A stretch of DNA of 64,000 bases from Amoebidium appalachense (GCA_963693365.1 CAVNZM010000008.1:6086830-6150829), one strand, 5' to 3'; positions 1-11,277 are shown, numbered from the stretch's first letter. The notes: a model not told the origin generated them from the letters alone. A program made the numbers and translations.

Positions 1-261
1 CACAACACAATCTACAGATGTACTCGCTCGCGACTATTGGCGAGCCATCCTTTTGAGAACAAAACTAGGCCATTTTGAAATAAAGGAAAGACAACGAGTG
101 AGGCTAGCCAATCACGCTACCTCTCAGATAAACAGAGGAGAGCAAACAGAAATAAAATACAATAAGTTCTTATCAGGCAAGAGAGCCAGGTGTGCACAGA
201 TCTTCAGATATCTGTGCCCACAGAAACAAGGGAGAGAGAGATAGGGGGGGGGGGGGGGGGG

Positions 262-301
<40 letters not shown>

Positions 302-393
302 ACAAAGGAGGAAAGCAGACACGAATACAAACAAGCTAGGACACATACATACTTCAAGGCTCTTGCTGTCATACATGGTGACGTATTCCAACA
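1..393 (-). mobile_element. Partial LTR of the same copia family, inverted and cut by the window start
   Basis: Reverse complement of the first ~390 bp of the LTRs at 1893 and 8035. On the minus strand it starts TGTTGGAATACG at 393 and is flanked by AGCAC (394-398). Confidence 0.95.
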
Positions 394-1191
394 GTGCTCC
401 CTTTCACACTAACCCAACCGGGACAGGTATACGTTTATGTTTTTTAATCTTGCCTCGACTGTGCAGTGTAGTATTAATGAGTGTGACTTGAGTTCTTTGC
501 GGCGGCAAGAGCTGCACAAGAGATTTTCAAAAGAACTTGTTTTCAACCCACTTCAGGCAGCTAATACTTAAAGAATGATTTTAAAACTATTATTATTATT
601 CTGTGATTCTGTTACCTGTCAGTCTATTATTCTGTCAATGATTATCATGTCATGCTTCAATATAAAGGCATGTTACCGACAAATTTCACACAAAAGAAAT
701 TTGAAATTTTTTCGCGTTTTTTCTACCCCCGCGCATCTCATGAGGCGCTAGGGTAAACGTTGCATCGGCCGAGAACCTGCGTCAAGACCTATCACCATAC
801 AAAATTTCAATCGATTTGGGCCAACGATTCCCACGATTTGGACCAACGGTTGTCAAGTTTCTGCATAACATTATGCTCGATTCGCCATAATCTCATAGCC
901 GATCAACTAGTGAATATTTTTTTGTGTAAAACGTTTCGGTAAAATGCCTAAATCTAGTGTAAAGAAGTGTTTGACCACTAGCTTACTATCGGATAGTCGC
1001 CACCACTTCCTGGAATATGATCGGAGCTTTTTTATGCCATGAATCTCTCCAAAAATAACCATGGTCCCCACGAACATAAATTTTCCTATCTGCCTATCAG
1101 TGACATGAGCAAGTTAACAGCATATTATCACAAGTTGCCAGAATCTGAAGCCAACCTAGGCTATTGCTAATCAGCCTCAAGGGCAACTCAC

Positions 1192-1536
1192 CGATAGTGA
1201 CACCCACAGTCTCACTCGTAGCTCTGCCGCAGTGACCGAAGCTGAAGGTCAAGGTGTCGCCAGGGATGACGCTCAGATCCTGGTACAGAGTGCTGGCTTG
1301 GTTTGCCTGAATCTCAGCGAATTTGCGCCCCTCCAGTGCCGGATAGCTCACGGCACCGACAGTGAAATTATCAGCCCACAACTCGACAACTCCCTCCGTA
1401 CTCCTCCACCCGGGCACACTAGGATCTCCAAAAAAACCTTGTTTCTGTGAAGCATCAAAGGCCGGGTTTTCGAATCCGCCGTTGATGAGGTTGTAGGCAG
1501 ACTCGGTGCATGGGGGAAACTCGTCAGGCGGAAGTG
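1192..1536 (-). pseudogene. Inverted exon (repeat unit A1) of the carbohydrate-binding/EGF/PAN gene
   Basis: cag|...|gtgagt, phase 1-1, 345 nt. Encodes LPPDEFPPCTESAYNLINGGFENP...WRSTEGVVELW...EGRKFAEIQANQ...LYQDLSVIPGD...VTIG, paralogous to the plus-strand exons at 10678, 12968 and 14846. Confidence 0.9.
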
Positions 1537-1892
1537 CTGCATGGGAGGATGTGTCATTCCTAGCATTGCATTGGGCCCTAGCGTGTCATTCTGGAAATTA
1601 AGACCGGGTAGTTATGTTCCGGGTGGACATGATATCAAGAAGTGCAAGAAGTTGTTCTCTCTCAAGAGTTGGTATCTATGCTAAACTGTAACTTGCGGCA
1701 TAATTCAAGTGTTCTAGCCAAAAACCGATTGCCACTGCTGTCACGTGTACGTGGCTCCTCAAAAATCCTATGCTTCACGGCAGTAGGCGGAGGGGAGCCC
1801 TCTGGGGGTGGGGAGGGGGGAGGGGGGGGGGGGGGGGGGGGAGAGAAAGAGATAGAGGGGGGAGAGAGAGAGGAGGGGGGGAGGGGGGAGGG

Positions 1893-1985
1893 TGTTGGAA
1901 TACGTCACCATGTATGACAGCAAGAGCCTTGAAGTATGTATGTGTCCTAGCTTGTTTGTATTCGTGTCTGCTTTCCTCCTTTGTG

Positions 1986-2016
<31 letters not shown>

Positions 2017-2763
2017 CCCCCCCCCCCCCCCCCGTATCTCTCTCTCCCTTGTTTCTGTGGGCACAGATATCTGAAGATCCGTGCACACCTGGCTCTCTTG
2101 CCTGATAAGAACTTATTGTATTTTATTTCTGTTTGCTCTCCTCTGTTTATCTGAGAGGTAGCGTGATTGGCTAGCCTCACTCGTTGTCTTTCCTTTATTT
2201 CAAAATGGCCTAGTTTTGTTCTCAAAAGGATGGCTCGCAAATAGTCGCGAGCGAGTACATCTGTAGATTGTGTTGTGCATTCCTGTCTGTTAATATATGT
2301 GTGTTGTGATTGGACAATAGATATATATGGAATTCGGTTTATTGCAAAGTGTCTTCACTTTGAGAGTGTCGACTTTTAGGAAATATATGTATTTAAATAA
2401 GTTTCTTTATAGAGACGAACATAAATATATATGTGAGCTAATAGTGACTAGATGTATAATTACTTAATTTATTTAAGTAAGAGTTTCTACACTTTAGTTT
2501 AATCGGAAGTTGGAATGCGTATGCTCTGTCGGAATGTGTTTTTCTATCTTCTGATAGAACCGATTGGTTCTCCCTCTTTAGTTGTGATAAGGTGATAAGT
2601 CGCAAGTACAAAAGGAACCGAGAGCACAATAAAGATTCAGTTGTTGTTTGAAATCTTTTCAATGTCTCGTGAACAACTCCGATTGCCCTCTCATTAATGT
2701 GTAAGTTGTGTTTTACATGACACCTCTGTGCACTCTGCTCCCTTAGACCCGTACAAAACAACA
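1893..2763 (+). repeat. 5' LTR (871 bp)
   Basis: TGTTGG...CAACA. Nearly identical to 8035-8935 and contains an internal (TC)n-Cn tract. Confidence 0.95.
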
Positions 2764-2778
2764 GGTTATGGGCCCAGT
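2764..2778 (+). promoter_or_regulatory. Primer-binding site GGTTATGGGCCCAGT (half tRNA-iMet type)
   Basis: Directly follows the LTR. Matches the Drosophila copia PBS, which is complementary to the anticodon-arm region of initiator tRNA-Met. Confidence 0.9.
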
Positions 2779-2881
2779 TTCGCACGCTCTCGCAACACAT
2801 ACTCTCGCTGCAATCCAAAATATTCAAATTTGAATACCGATCTGATTCCTCTCTCACGCATCATCTGACTGATTGATCACC

Positions 2882-5494
2882 ATGTCGGAGAAACCTGCGT
2901 ATCTCAACCTCACCCCCTGGAAAGGGGATGACACCACGGACAAGAAGTCCGGCAAACGTCTCACCTATTATGAGTGGGAACCCGTCATCTTCAGGTACCT
3001 ACGTACCACCACCGCGGCCAAGTTAGTGCCCGTCATCAAGGCCCCCGAGTGGGTCGACCCTTCCGACGAGAATGAGTGGCACGGCTATGACACTGAGGAG
3101 GCCTACACCGAGGCTTCCAACCTCCTTGAACAGATGTTTACTCAACTCGTCTCCAATGATGAGCTGTATAACTCTGGTCAAATCCACGATGATGTGTCAC
3201 CTGCCCAAGCTTTCCACAACCTCCGTATGACCTATGCGGCTGAACGTGAAGATCGTGCTCGTCAAATCCTCCTCGACTACCATGAGCTTGAACTCAAAGA
3301 CTTCAAGACCGTCACGGCCTACCTAACCATGGCACGCCGTCTGTGCACTACCCTGCACATCCTCGAAGAGCCCATTCCTCACAAGACTATGGTTGATAAC
3401 TTCTTCATCCACCTCAAGAAGAACCGTAAGTTAGTTTGTACCGACATCCAGGCCATGATTGCCGACTACTTCCGTCGTACCATTAACTACGAGACCTACA
3501 ACCGTCTAATCAGTGACATCAGAGCTGCAGAGATCCGTGAAGGTCTCATCGACTCTGGGTCCGGGTCCTCCTCCACCGTCCGAACAGCACGTGCCCTGCA
3601 AAGCCGTGTACTCACCAAGGACGACCTCAGACACCGGATCCCCCGACGTGACAGCTCCGTCTCCCGTCACCCCCGCGGTCGTCCCACCGATCGATCCCCC
3701 TCAGTTGACCGTGATTACTCACGGTCCCGTTCCCCCGGCTATCGTTCCCGGTCACCCTACCCCCCACGTAAAGGGGGTAACCGTCATTCCCAGCCACCCC
3801 GAGCCAAGACCACTGGCTCCCTCGACTGTGCCTACTGTCACGAAGACCATCATGTCACACAGTGTGACAAACCTGGCTGCTCAATTGCCCGTCGCCACCG
3901 TGCCAACACCAAGTCTGGAAAAGAGGTGCATTTTGCCCTCGTGTCCACCACGGCCTCCCTACCCATGGACCCCTGCTGGGACTCGGCTTCAAACGTCCAC
4001 GTGTGCCCAGTAAAAGAGTACTTCTCTACTCTTGAGCCCGGGCCATGCCCCCCGACTGACGTCCACGGCCTCGGCATCGTCACTGCACATCACCGTGGTG
4101 TCATCAACCTGGCCGTCACCTACAACGGAGTAACATCAGTACTGAGCCTCAACACCCTCTATGTACCCGACTCCCCAGCCTTCCTGATATCACCCTCAAT
4201 GGCCTCCAAGTCGGGTCTCCTTGCCCACCTCGATGATGAGGATGCATTCCCATCATACCTCTACACTCGTGGTGGCAACATCGTGTGTTCCCTCACAGGC
4301 ACAGATGGACTGTACTTCATCACTGACTATGAGATACGTCCCTCCATCCCTCGGACCGTCACTGCTCTGGTAGCCAACGTCAAGGTCAACAATGATCCTC
4401 AGCTCTGGCACCACCGTCTCGGTCATCGTGCCCTGTCCACCCTCACCAAGATGGTGAGAGGTGACCTCGTGACAGGCCTCCCCTCATCCCTCTCAGTGGC
4501 TGACACCACTGACTGCTTCGGTTGTGTCTCCGGCAAGACCACCAAGGCCCCATTCTCCGGCACCAGAACCCAGTGCCCCTTCCCCGGTGCCAAGTGGCAC
4601 ATGGACTTCTTCGAGCCTCCCTGTGCCTCCTATGGTGGCTACAAGGTGGCCCTCGTGTGTACCTGTGATCATGCCTCCGGCTACACCATCGTGTACCTCC
4701 TCCGTGATCGATCCGAAACTCTCGAATACGTCAAGGCCCTGGTTGAGACTACTGACAAGCAACCCGACAAGGTGGTGACCCACTTCCGTTCAGACTCTGG
4801 GTCCGAGTTCACCTCCCACGCTATGGAGCAGTACTGCCAGTCCAAGGGCATCATTCAGGAATTTGCCCCGGTTGACTGCCCCCAACTCAACGGCTTCGTT
4901 GAACGTAAGATGAGGGATCTGCAGGAGATCATTCGGTGCTTCCTTCATCAGGACAAGGCCGACTCCCTTTCCCCCAAGCTGTGGGGAGCTGCTCTCAAGC
5001 ATGCTGCCTACATCATCAACGTGACCCCGGCCAGAGCTGCCAATGGCCGTACACCGTTTGAAATTTTCTACGGTGTCAAGCCTGACCTCTCCCACCTGCA
5101 CGTGTTCGGCTGCCCAGCCTATGTACACGTCCCTGCATCCAAACGAGACAAGTTGGCCTCTACCGTCAAACTCGGCACCTACGTGGGCTGGGATATCACC
5201 AACAAAGCCCACAAGATCATGAATCTACGTGGCAACACGGTCAACCTCTACCGCGATGTCGTCTTCGACGAATCACAATTCACCACGGCATCCAATCAGA
5301 TTTCTGTGCAGGCCACCAATCAGACGACCTCAATCGATTCATCCCTGCATTCCAGAAATTCCAATTCCGATGACGATGAAATTCCGTCGGTGATTATCCG
5401 TCGTTCCCCCCGTCGTGTACCTGCCCCCGTGGCTCCACCCACCCCCCCCCCCCACCGGCCAGCAACCCCTGCTGCCGGCCCCTGCCGTCAATGA
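2882..5494 (+). CDS. Copia gag-protease-integrase (5' part of the polyprotein)
   Basis: Zn knuckle CAYCHEDHHVTQC, protease WDSASNVH, GAG-pre-integrase LWHHRLGH...CFGC, integrase WHMD...FRSDSGSEF...LNGFVERK, and LHVFGCPAYV. Joins the next ORF across a C12 run at 5442-5453. Confidence 0.95.
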   Translation: MSEKPAYLNLTPWKGDDTTDKKSGKRLTYYEWEPVIFRYLRTTTAAKLVPVIKAPEWVDPSDENEWHGYDTEEAYTEASNLLEQMFTQLVSNDELYNSGQIHDDVSPAQAFHNLRMTYAAEREDRARQILLDYHELELKDFKTVTAYLTMARRLCTTLHILEEPIPHKTMVDNFFIHLKKNRKLVCTDIQAMIADYFRRTINYETYNRLISDIRAAEIREGLIDSGSGSSSTVRTARALQSRVLTKDDLRHRIPRRDSSVSRHPRGRPTDRSPSVDRDYSRSRSPGYRSRSPYPPRKGGNRHSQPPRAKTTGSLDCAYCHEDHHVTQCDKPGCSIARRHRANTKSGKEVHFALVSTTASLPMDPCWDSASNVHVCPVKEYFSTLEPGPCPPTDVHGLGIVTAHHRGVINLAVTYNGVTSVLSLNTLYVPDSPAFLISPSMASKSGLLAHLDDEDAFPSYLYTRGGNIVCSLTGTDGLYFITDYEIRPSIPRTVTALVANVKVNNDPQLWHHRLGHRALSTLTKMVRGDLVTGLPSSLSVADTTDCFGCVSGKTTKAPFSGTRTQCPFPGAKWHMDFFEPPCASYGGYKVALVCTCDHASGYTIVYLLRDRSETLEYVKALVETTDKQPDKVVTHFRSDSGSEFTSHAMEQYCQSKGIIQEFAPVDCPQLNGFVERKMRDLQEIIRCFLHQDKADSLSPKLWGAALKHAAYIINVTPARAANGRTPFEIFYGVKPDLSHLHVFGCPAYVHVPASKRDKLASTVKLGTYVGWDITNKAHKIMNLRGNTVNLYRDVVFDESQFTTASNQISVQATNQTTSIDSSLHSRNSNSDDDEIPSVIIRRSPRRVPAPVAPPTPPPHRPATPAAGPCRQ

Positions 5495-7313
5495 CCACGT
5501 ACCTGGTCATCTCACCCCGGTTCGTCCTGGGTCTCCGGAGTTCCACTCGGCCCCGTCCAGCCCCGTGTTATCCAACTCCCCCCTCAACACGGCACCCATC
5601 CCTGGCTTCCAGGCCCCCATCCCCGACCACCGAGTGTCTGTCCCAGACACCCCCCCGGCCCCTGAGCCCCTCCGTACCGTCCCCCGTCGTTCCTCCCGTC
5701 TCTCCTCCCGGCCTGCCATGGCTATGGTGAGCATCTCCCGACCCAGCCTTGATGTGTCTCAGCTGCCCCGGTCAATTCAGAAGCTGTGCTGTGGCACCAA
5801 GGGTGATGAAGTGGTAACTGCCCTCACTGCCGAGTACAAGGCTTTCATCGACAAGGACATCTTCGACGTAGTTGAGCCCCCCTCCGATGCCAACATCATC
5901 CGATTCAAGTGGATTGTCACGGAGAAGGTCCTCAACTCTGCTGGTGACACCAAGATCAAGGGTCGTGGTGTGGCCAAGGGTTTCACCCAAGTCTACGGTG
6001 TTGACTACGGTGAAAACTCTTCCCCCGTCGTCATGTCCTCCTCCGTCCGTGCCCTGCTTGCCCTCGGTGTGCAACAGGACCACGAGATCCATCAACTCGA
6101 CATCAGCACGGCCTTCCTCAACAGCCCCCTCGACGAGACTTTGTACATGGAGCAACCTCCTGGTTTTATCCTCCCTGGCAATGAACACAAAGTCTGGAAA
6201 CTCAAGAAGGCCCTCTACGGACTCAAGCAGGCATCCCTGGCATGGTACGAGTTCTTCAACTCTATTCTCATTGCCCACGGCCTCACCCGTCTCCGTTCCG
6301 ATCCGTGTGTCTACTTCCGTCAGTTCCCCAACGGGCACATCATCCGTTCGGGCAACTACGTTGATGATGCCATCATCACCTGCACACGGAACTCCACCAT
6401 CATGCAGGGGCTTGTTCGTCACATCACGAAGTCTGCCGAGTGCAAGGTCGGTCTGCCAGACATCTTCCTCGGCACCCAACTGCTGTACACCCGTGACTCC
6501 CTCAAGCTGCTGCAGTCTTCCTACATCAAGGACATCATCACCGACTTCAACCTGGTCGATGCCAAGCCTAAGGCCACCCCTATCCCCGTGGGCACCATCA
6601 TCAACGAGACCTCCCTCTCATCCCTGCCCACCACCGTCCCCTACCGTGAACTCCTCGGCCGTCTGCTGTGGGTTGCTCGGTGCTCCCGGCCTGACATCTC
6701 GTATGCCATTGGCTACCTCGGCCGATTCAGCTCCAAGCCCACCAAGACTGCCTGGGAGCTTCTCCTCCGTGTCGTTCGTTACCTGCTCGGCACCATCAAC
6801 CTCGGCCTCTACTACAAGAAGAAAGCCCCCAACAGCAAGGTGCCCATCCTTGAGTGCTACTCGGATTCTGACTTTGCTGGTTGCCCCACCACCCGTCGTT
6901 CCACGTCTGGGTACGTCATCCTCCTCGAAGGCTCCCCCGTCACCTACCACTCCAAGCTGCAGACGATCACTGCAACTTCCACGTGTGAGGCCGAGCTCCT
7001 GGCCCTCAATGCTGCCGTGCAAGATGTTGTCTGGCACCGTGATCTACTCAAGGAGCTGGGCTACCCCATGACCGAGCCCACCCCCGTGTACTGTGACAAT
7101 CAGTCCACCATTGCTCTGGTCCACTCCAACACCATCAAGCACCGGACCAAGCACATTGCCGTTCGTTACTTCAACACCAAGGACTACATCAACAGTGGGG
7201 ACGTCACTGTCACCTACATCGACACCAAGAAGAACCTGGCCGACATCTTCACCAAGCCTCTGGCTGGTCCGGCCCACGACACACACCGTGCCAACCTCAG
7301 TCTCCGTGACTGA
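5415..7313 (+). CDS. Copia reverse transcriptase-RNase H (3' part of the polyprotein)
   Basis: KGRGVAKGFTQVYGVDY, QLDISTAFLN, LKKALYGLKQAS, YVDD, YSDSDFAG, STCEAE, CDNQS, RTKHIAVRY, NLADIFTK. Confidence 0.95.
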   Translation: MYLPPWLHPPPPPTGQQPLLPAPAVNDHVPGHLTPVRPGSPEFHSAPSSPVLSNSPLNTAPIPGFQAPIPDHRVSVPDTPPAPEPLRTVPRRSSRLSSRPAMAMVSISRPSLDVSQLPRSIQKLCCGTKGDEVVTALTAEYKAFIDKDIFDVVEPPSDANIIRFKWIVTEKVLNSAGDTKIKGRGVAKGFTQVYGVDYGENSSPVVMSSSVRALLALGVQQDHEIHQLDISTAFLNSPLDETLYMEQPPGFILPGNEHKVWKLKKALYGLKQASLAWYEFFNSILIAHGLTRLRSDPCVYFRQFPNGHIIRSGNYVDDAIITCTRNSTIMQGLVRHITKSAECKVGLPDIFLGTQLLYTRDSLKLLQSSYIKDIITDFNLVDAKPKATPIPVGTIINETSLSSLPTTVPYRELLGRLLWVARCSRPDISYAIGYLGRFSSKPTKTAWELLLRVVRYLLGTINLGLYYKKKAPNSKVPILECYSDSDFAGCPTTRRSTSGYVILLEGSPVTYHSKLQTITATSTCEAELLALNAAVQDVVWHRDLLKELGYPMTEPTPVYCDNQSTIALVHSNTIKHRTKHIAVRYFNTKDYINSGDVTVTYIDTKKNLADIFTKPLAGPAHDTHRANLSLRD

Positions 7314-8023
7314 CCCGTGCACTGGTGTTCATCATCGAGTGGTTTCTGAGTAGGTTGGGGCCCTGGACAGCAGTTGACACACCTACGGTGATCAAGATGC
7401 CTCCCAACGAAAGTCTACTACTCCTCATCGTTTCTCTTCATCAGTGGGGACTCAGTCTTACATCGTCATATGTGTGCATCTTCAGTGGGGAATTATTCTC
7501 CCCCATCCGTCATTTATTTATATTCATATCCCACCATATATATTGGTTTTCTTCTATATTCGACTTATATATATGTCGAACTGGGATGGCGTCCCAGTAT
7601 AAATAATTATCTATAGCCATGACGTGCTGGTTGACTGCCAGTCTAAACCTAGTCCACGGGATGCACCTTCCCCGTGTCTTAACTGGTTGACCACCAGTCT
7701 ATAAATCAGTCCACAAGATGTTCATGTCTTGTGTTTACCTGGGTGGTCCCCAGTATAAACCATTAGCCACCAACACGTCACACATACACTAGTGTTTCCT
7801 ATATATATATATATATATCGCTGATAACCACCATAATTTCTTATTTCGAGTCTTCAGAGGCAACCGTCGTTGTGTGCCTCTTCAGTTTTGATTCTCTCCT
7901 TCCCACCTCAAGGATCTTCGGTTTGCATCCTCGAGTGGGGAAACTTGAGTGTGACGGCCCCTCCTGTGTTTGGACCTCATCTACCGTCACATCAACAGAC
8001 ACGAGAACACAAACTTCAACCCC

Positions 8024-8034
8024 TTGAGTGGGGA
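8024..8034 (+). promoter_or_regulatory. Polypurine tract TTGAGTGGGGA
   Basis: Directly precedes the TG of the 3' LTR and resembles typical copia PPTs. Confidence 0.8.
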
Positions 8035-8126
8035 TGTTGGAATATGTCACCATGTATGACAGCAAGAGCCTTGAAGTATGTATGTGTCCTAGCTTGTTTG
8101 TATTCGTGTCTGCTTTCCTCCTTTGT

Positions 8127-8164
<38 letters not shown>

Positions 8165-8935
8165 CCCCCCCCCCCCCCCCGTATCTCTCTCTCCCTTGTT
8201 TCTGTGGGCACAGATATCTGAAGATCTGTGCACACCTGGCTCTCTTGCCTGATAAGAACTTATTGTATTTTATTTCTGTTTGCTCTCCTCTGTTTATCTG
8301 AGAGGTAGCGTGATTGGCTAGCCTCACTCGTTGTCTTTCCTTTATTTCAAAATGGCCTAGTTTTGTTCTCAAAAGGATGGCTCGCCAATAGTCGCGAGCG
8401 AGTACATCTGTAGATTGTGTTGTGCATTCCTGTCTGTTAATATATGTGTGTTGTGATTGGACAATAGATATATATGTGTGATTGGACAATAGATATATAT
8501 GGAATTCGGTTTATTGCAAAGTGTCTTCACTTTGAGAGTGTCGACTTTTAGGAAATATATGTATTTAAATAAGTTTCTTTATAGAGACGATCATAAATAT
8601 ATATGTGAGCTAATAGTGACTAGATGTATAATTACTTAATTTATTTAAGTAAGAGTTTCTACACTTTAGTTTAATCGGAAGTTGGAATGCGTATGCTCTG
8701 TCGGAATGTGTTTTTCTATCTTCTGATAGAACCGATTGGTTCTCCCTCTTTAGTTGTGATAAGGTGATAAGTCGCAAGTACAAAAGGAACCGAGAGCACA
8801 ATAAAGATTCAGTTGTTGTTTGAAATCTTTTCAATGTCTCGTGAACAACTCCGATTGCCCTCTCATTAATGTGTAAGTCGTGTTTTACATGACACCTCTG
8901 TGCACTCTGCTCCCTTAGACCCGTACAAAACAACA
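8035..8935 (+). repeat. 3' LTR (901 bp)
   Basis: TGTTGG...CAACA followed by AGCAC (8936-8940). Has a ~25-bp internal duplication near 8475-8500 that the 5' LTR lacks. Confidence 0.95.
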
Positions 8936-9118
8936 AGCACACCGTGCACATGCATAAAGCTGACACTCAGATATACAAGCAGTAACACTATGCCAAACCG
9001 TATAAGCCACCGAGGCTCAATGCTGTATGCCTCACATGGAATGACATTAGCATAGCTGCATCACGAAACAAGTCTCCCTCGCATGGCCTCCGACTTACGC
9101 TTTCCCCCTATATCTCAG

Positions 9119-11229
9119 GGCCCCCTGACTGGACCAAGATGGTCGTGCTTCAGTACTTCACCACCCCCTATCTCACGTGGAAGCGCTACAACGTCACCTG
9201 GAAAGTCCCTGCCGGCATCTATCGTGCCCGATTGGGCTTCAAGGCCATTGTCGGCAGTGATGCGAGCGGCACAATGGGCAACCTAATTGATGATGTGATT
9301 TTGACCCCTGCGCGCTGCGTACCGGGTAAACCCCCCCCCTTCCCCCCAACCCCCAACCCCCAACCCCAGCCCCACCCATTACCCTCCTCCCCCTCTCCTC
9401 CAGTCCATACCCCCCCCTCCTCCCCCTCCCCTCTTCGCCCTTCCCCGGAAACACACACACACACACACACACAACACACACATGGCATTGCGGGCGCACA
9501 CACCATATCTAAACACTTAGTGCTCAGACCCAGGGATCTGGATTGATTCAACTGAGATGTAATAATCAAGTGAAAACAGGCCGTGAGATTGATCCACATT
9601 AGTAATCACTTTTGTGCACAACCGATGGCAGTGCTTTGTCTTTAAATATCTGCATGTGCCCATCTAAGGTTTTGTGTAGGCTTGCGCTGTGAAGGATAGC
9701 CTACGCTGTCCAAAACAAGCGATAAAATGTATGTGGTGGCGATCGTGATGCCGAAAACTTACGGAATGATTGGGGCATCCTTTTTCCTTGGGATGCAGGA
9801 CAGTATCGTACTATGTTATGGTTATAAATTGGCTGATTAGTGATCAAGGAAAGAACGAGAAATAATGAGAAATCCACCTGTAAATGAAAATGGAAAGTCG
9901 GGGGGCCATTCTTTGCCTACGACGGATAGAAATGTGGTGGCATTGAAATTTAAGCACGAAAATCTGGAACGCATAGCCAATGGCCGTTGCCAACCTTACG
10001 CACAAAAGCTTTGGGTTTAGCGTCACTCAATACACACCTAGGCTAAGATCGAATCTGCCGCACGCCGGTGATCCGATCGCGACAGGGAAGGAGGGGAACA
10101 AATGAATGTTGAAAAACATAATTTTTTTTGGTTAAACATGGTGGATTCAGGGTACACAGACCAAAAGGGTTGTTTGTTAATGCTAACATTCTTGCATGCA
10201 GGTGCCAACGAGTGTGCGCTGGGAGCGCACAAATGCTCTGCAACAGCAACTTGCTTCGACACAGCCAGTTCGTACTTGTGCCAGTGCAACGGTGGCTACG
10301 TCGGGGACGGCGTCAACTGTGACGGTAAGCCAGCGCCAAGAATGACTGCCAGTTGACCTTTAACGTGTCTTTGTGGTGCCAACGCAGACCTAGGTGACCT
10401 CACAGTAAGAGAGAAAGGATACTGCATGTTTAGAAAAAACATTTACAATGTTCTCATTGACTCAGTGTGATGTTATGTTGCTAGAACACCCATGCACCAG
10501 TCACGGGAGAAAAGATGCAGTTTTTAACGGAGAGAAGATTTCACGGAGAAAAATGGACACCTTTGCGTACTTTACAACGGCTGCTAGATGCAGTTATACG
10601 CACTTCGAATACTTTAAGACCCACACACATTACTTATAATGAAAACTCACTCTGGCAATTCTCTGTTTTACCCGCAGCTCTTCCCGCCGGTGTGTTGCCT
10701 CAGTGCACCGACCCAACATACAACCTCATCAACGGTGGATTTGAGGACCCACCCATGTTTCCGGGCACAACAAGTATACTTCCCGACGCCTCCTTCAATG
10801 GCTGGCGAAGCACAGAGAAGAACATTGAAGTCTGGTCTAACGGCTACCGGGAACTCTCCACTAACACAACGGAAGGAAACCAGCTGGCAGAGGTTCAGGC
10901 CTACCAGTTCAGCATGCTCTACCAGGAGATCAGCGTGATTCCAGGCGATGTCATGTCCATTGAGTTCTCGCACAAGGGGAGACTTGTGGCAGACACGATG
11001 ACCGTGAGCGTTGGTAGGATCCCCTGTTCATAGAAGATAGAATGTCGCGCTGAGTGGCATAGTTGCACTATCCCCCACCAGTACTCTACAATCGGTTCAG
11101 TAATTGCATAACCATGTGTTTTGTTGAGTCTCGGTCTGCTTGCCAAAAGGTTACAAGGGTGAAATATTTCAATGTTTTCTTTCATTGTTTTTTTTTTTTT
11201 TTTTCTTTCCCTCCCATTTATTTTATTGA

Positions 11230-11277
<48 letters not shown>

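Larger units (their letters stand above)
1893..8935 (+). mobile_element. Near-intact Ty1/copia LTR retrotransposon
   Basis: TG...CA LTRs at 1893-2763 and 8035-8935, a PBS, a PPT, and gag-PR-IN-RT-RNaseH domain order. Confidence 0.97.

Noticed and set aside
1800-1892. Purine tract before the 5' LTR as a PPT, implying a tandem element
   Set aside because: It is the reverse complement of an ordinary C/T-rich host intron tract within the inverted segment.
3513-7353. Alternative-frame and antisense ORFs in the copia (e.g. 5872-7071, 399 aa)
   Set aside because: Shadow ORFs caused by the C-ending codon bias, with no recognisable motifs.
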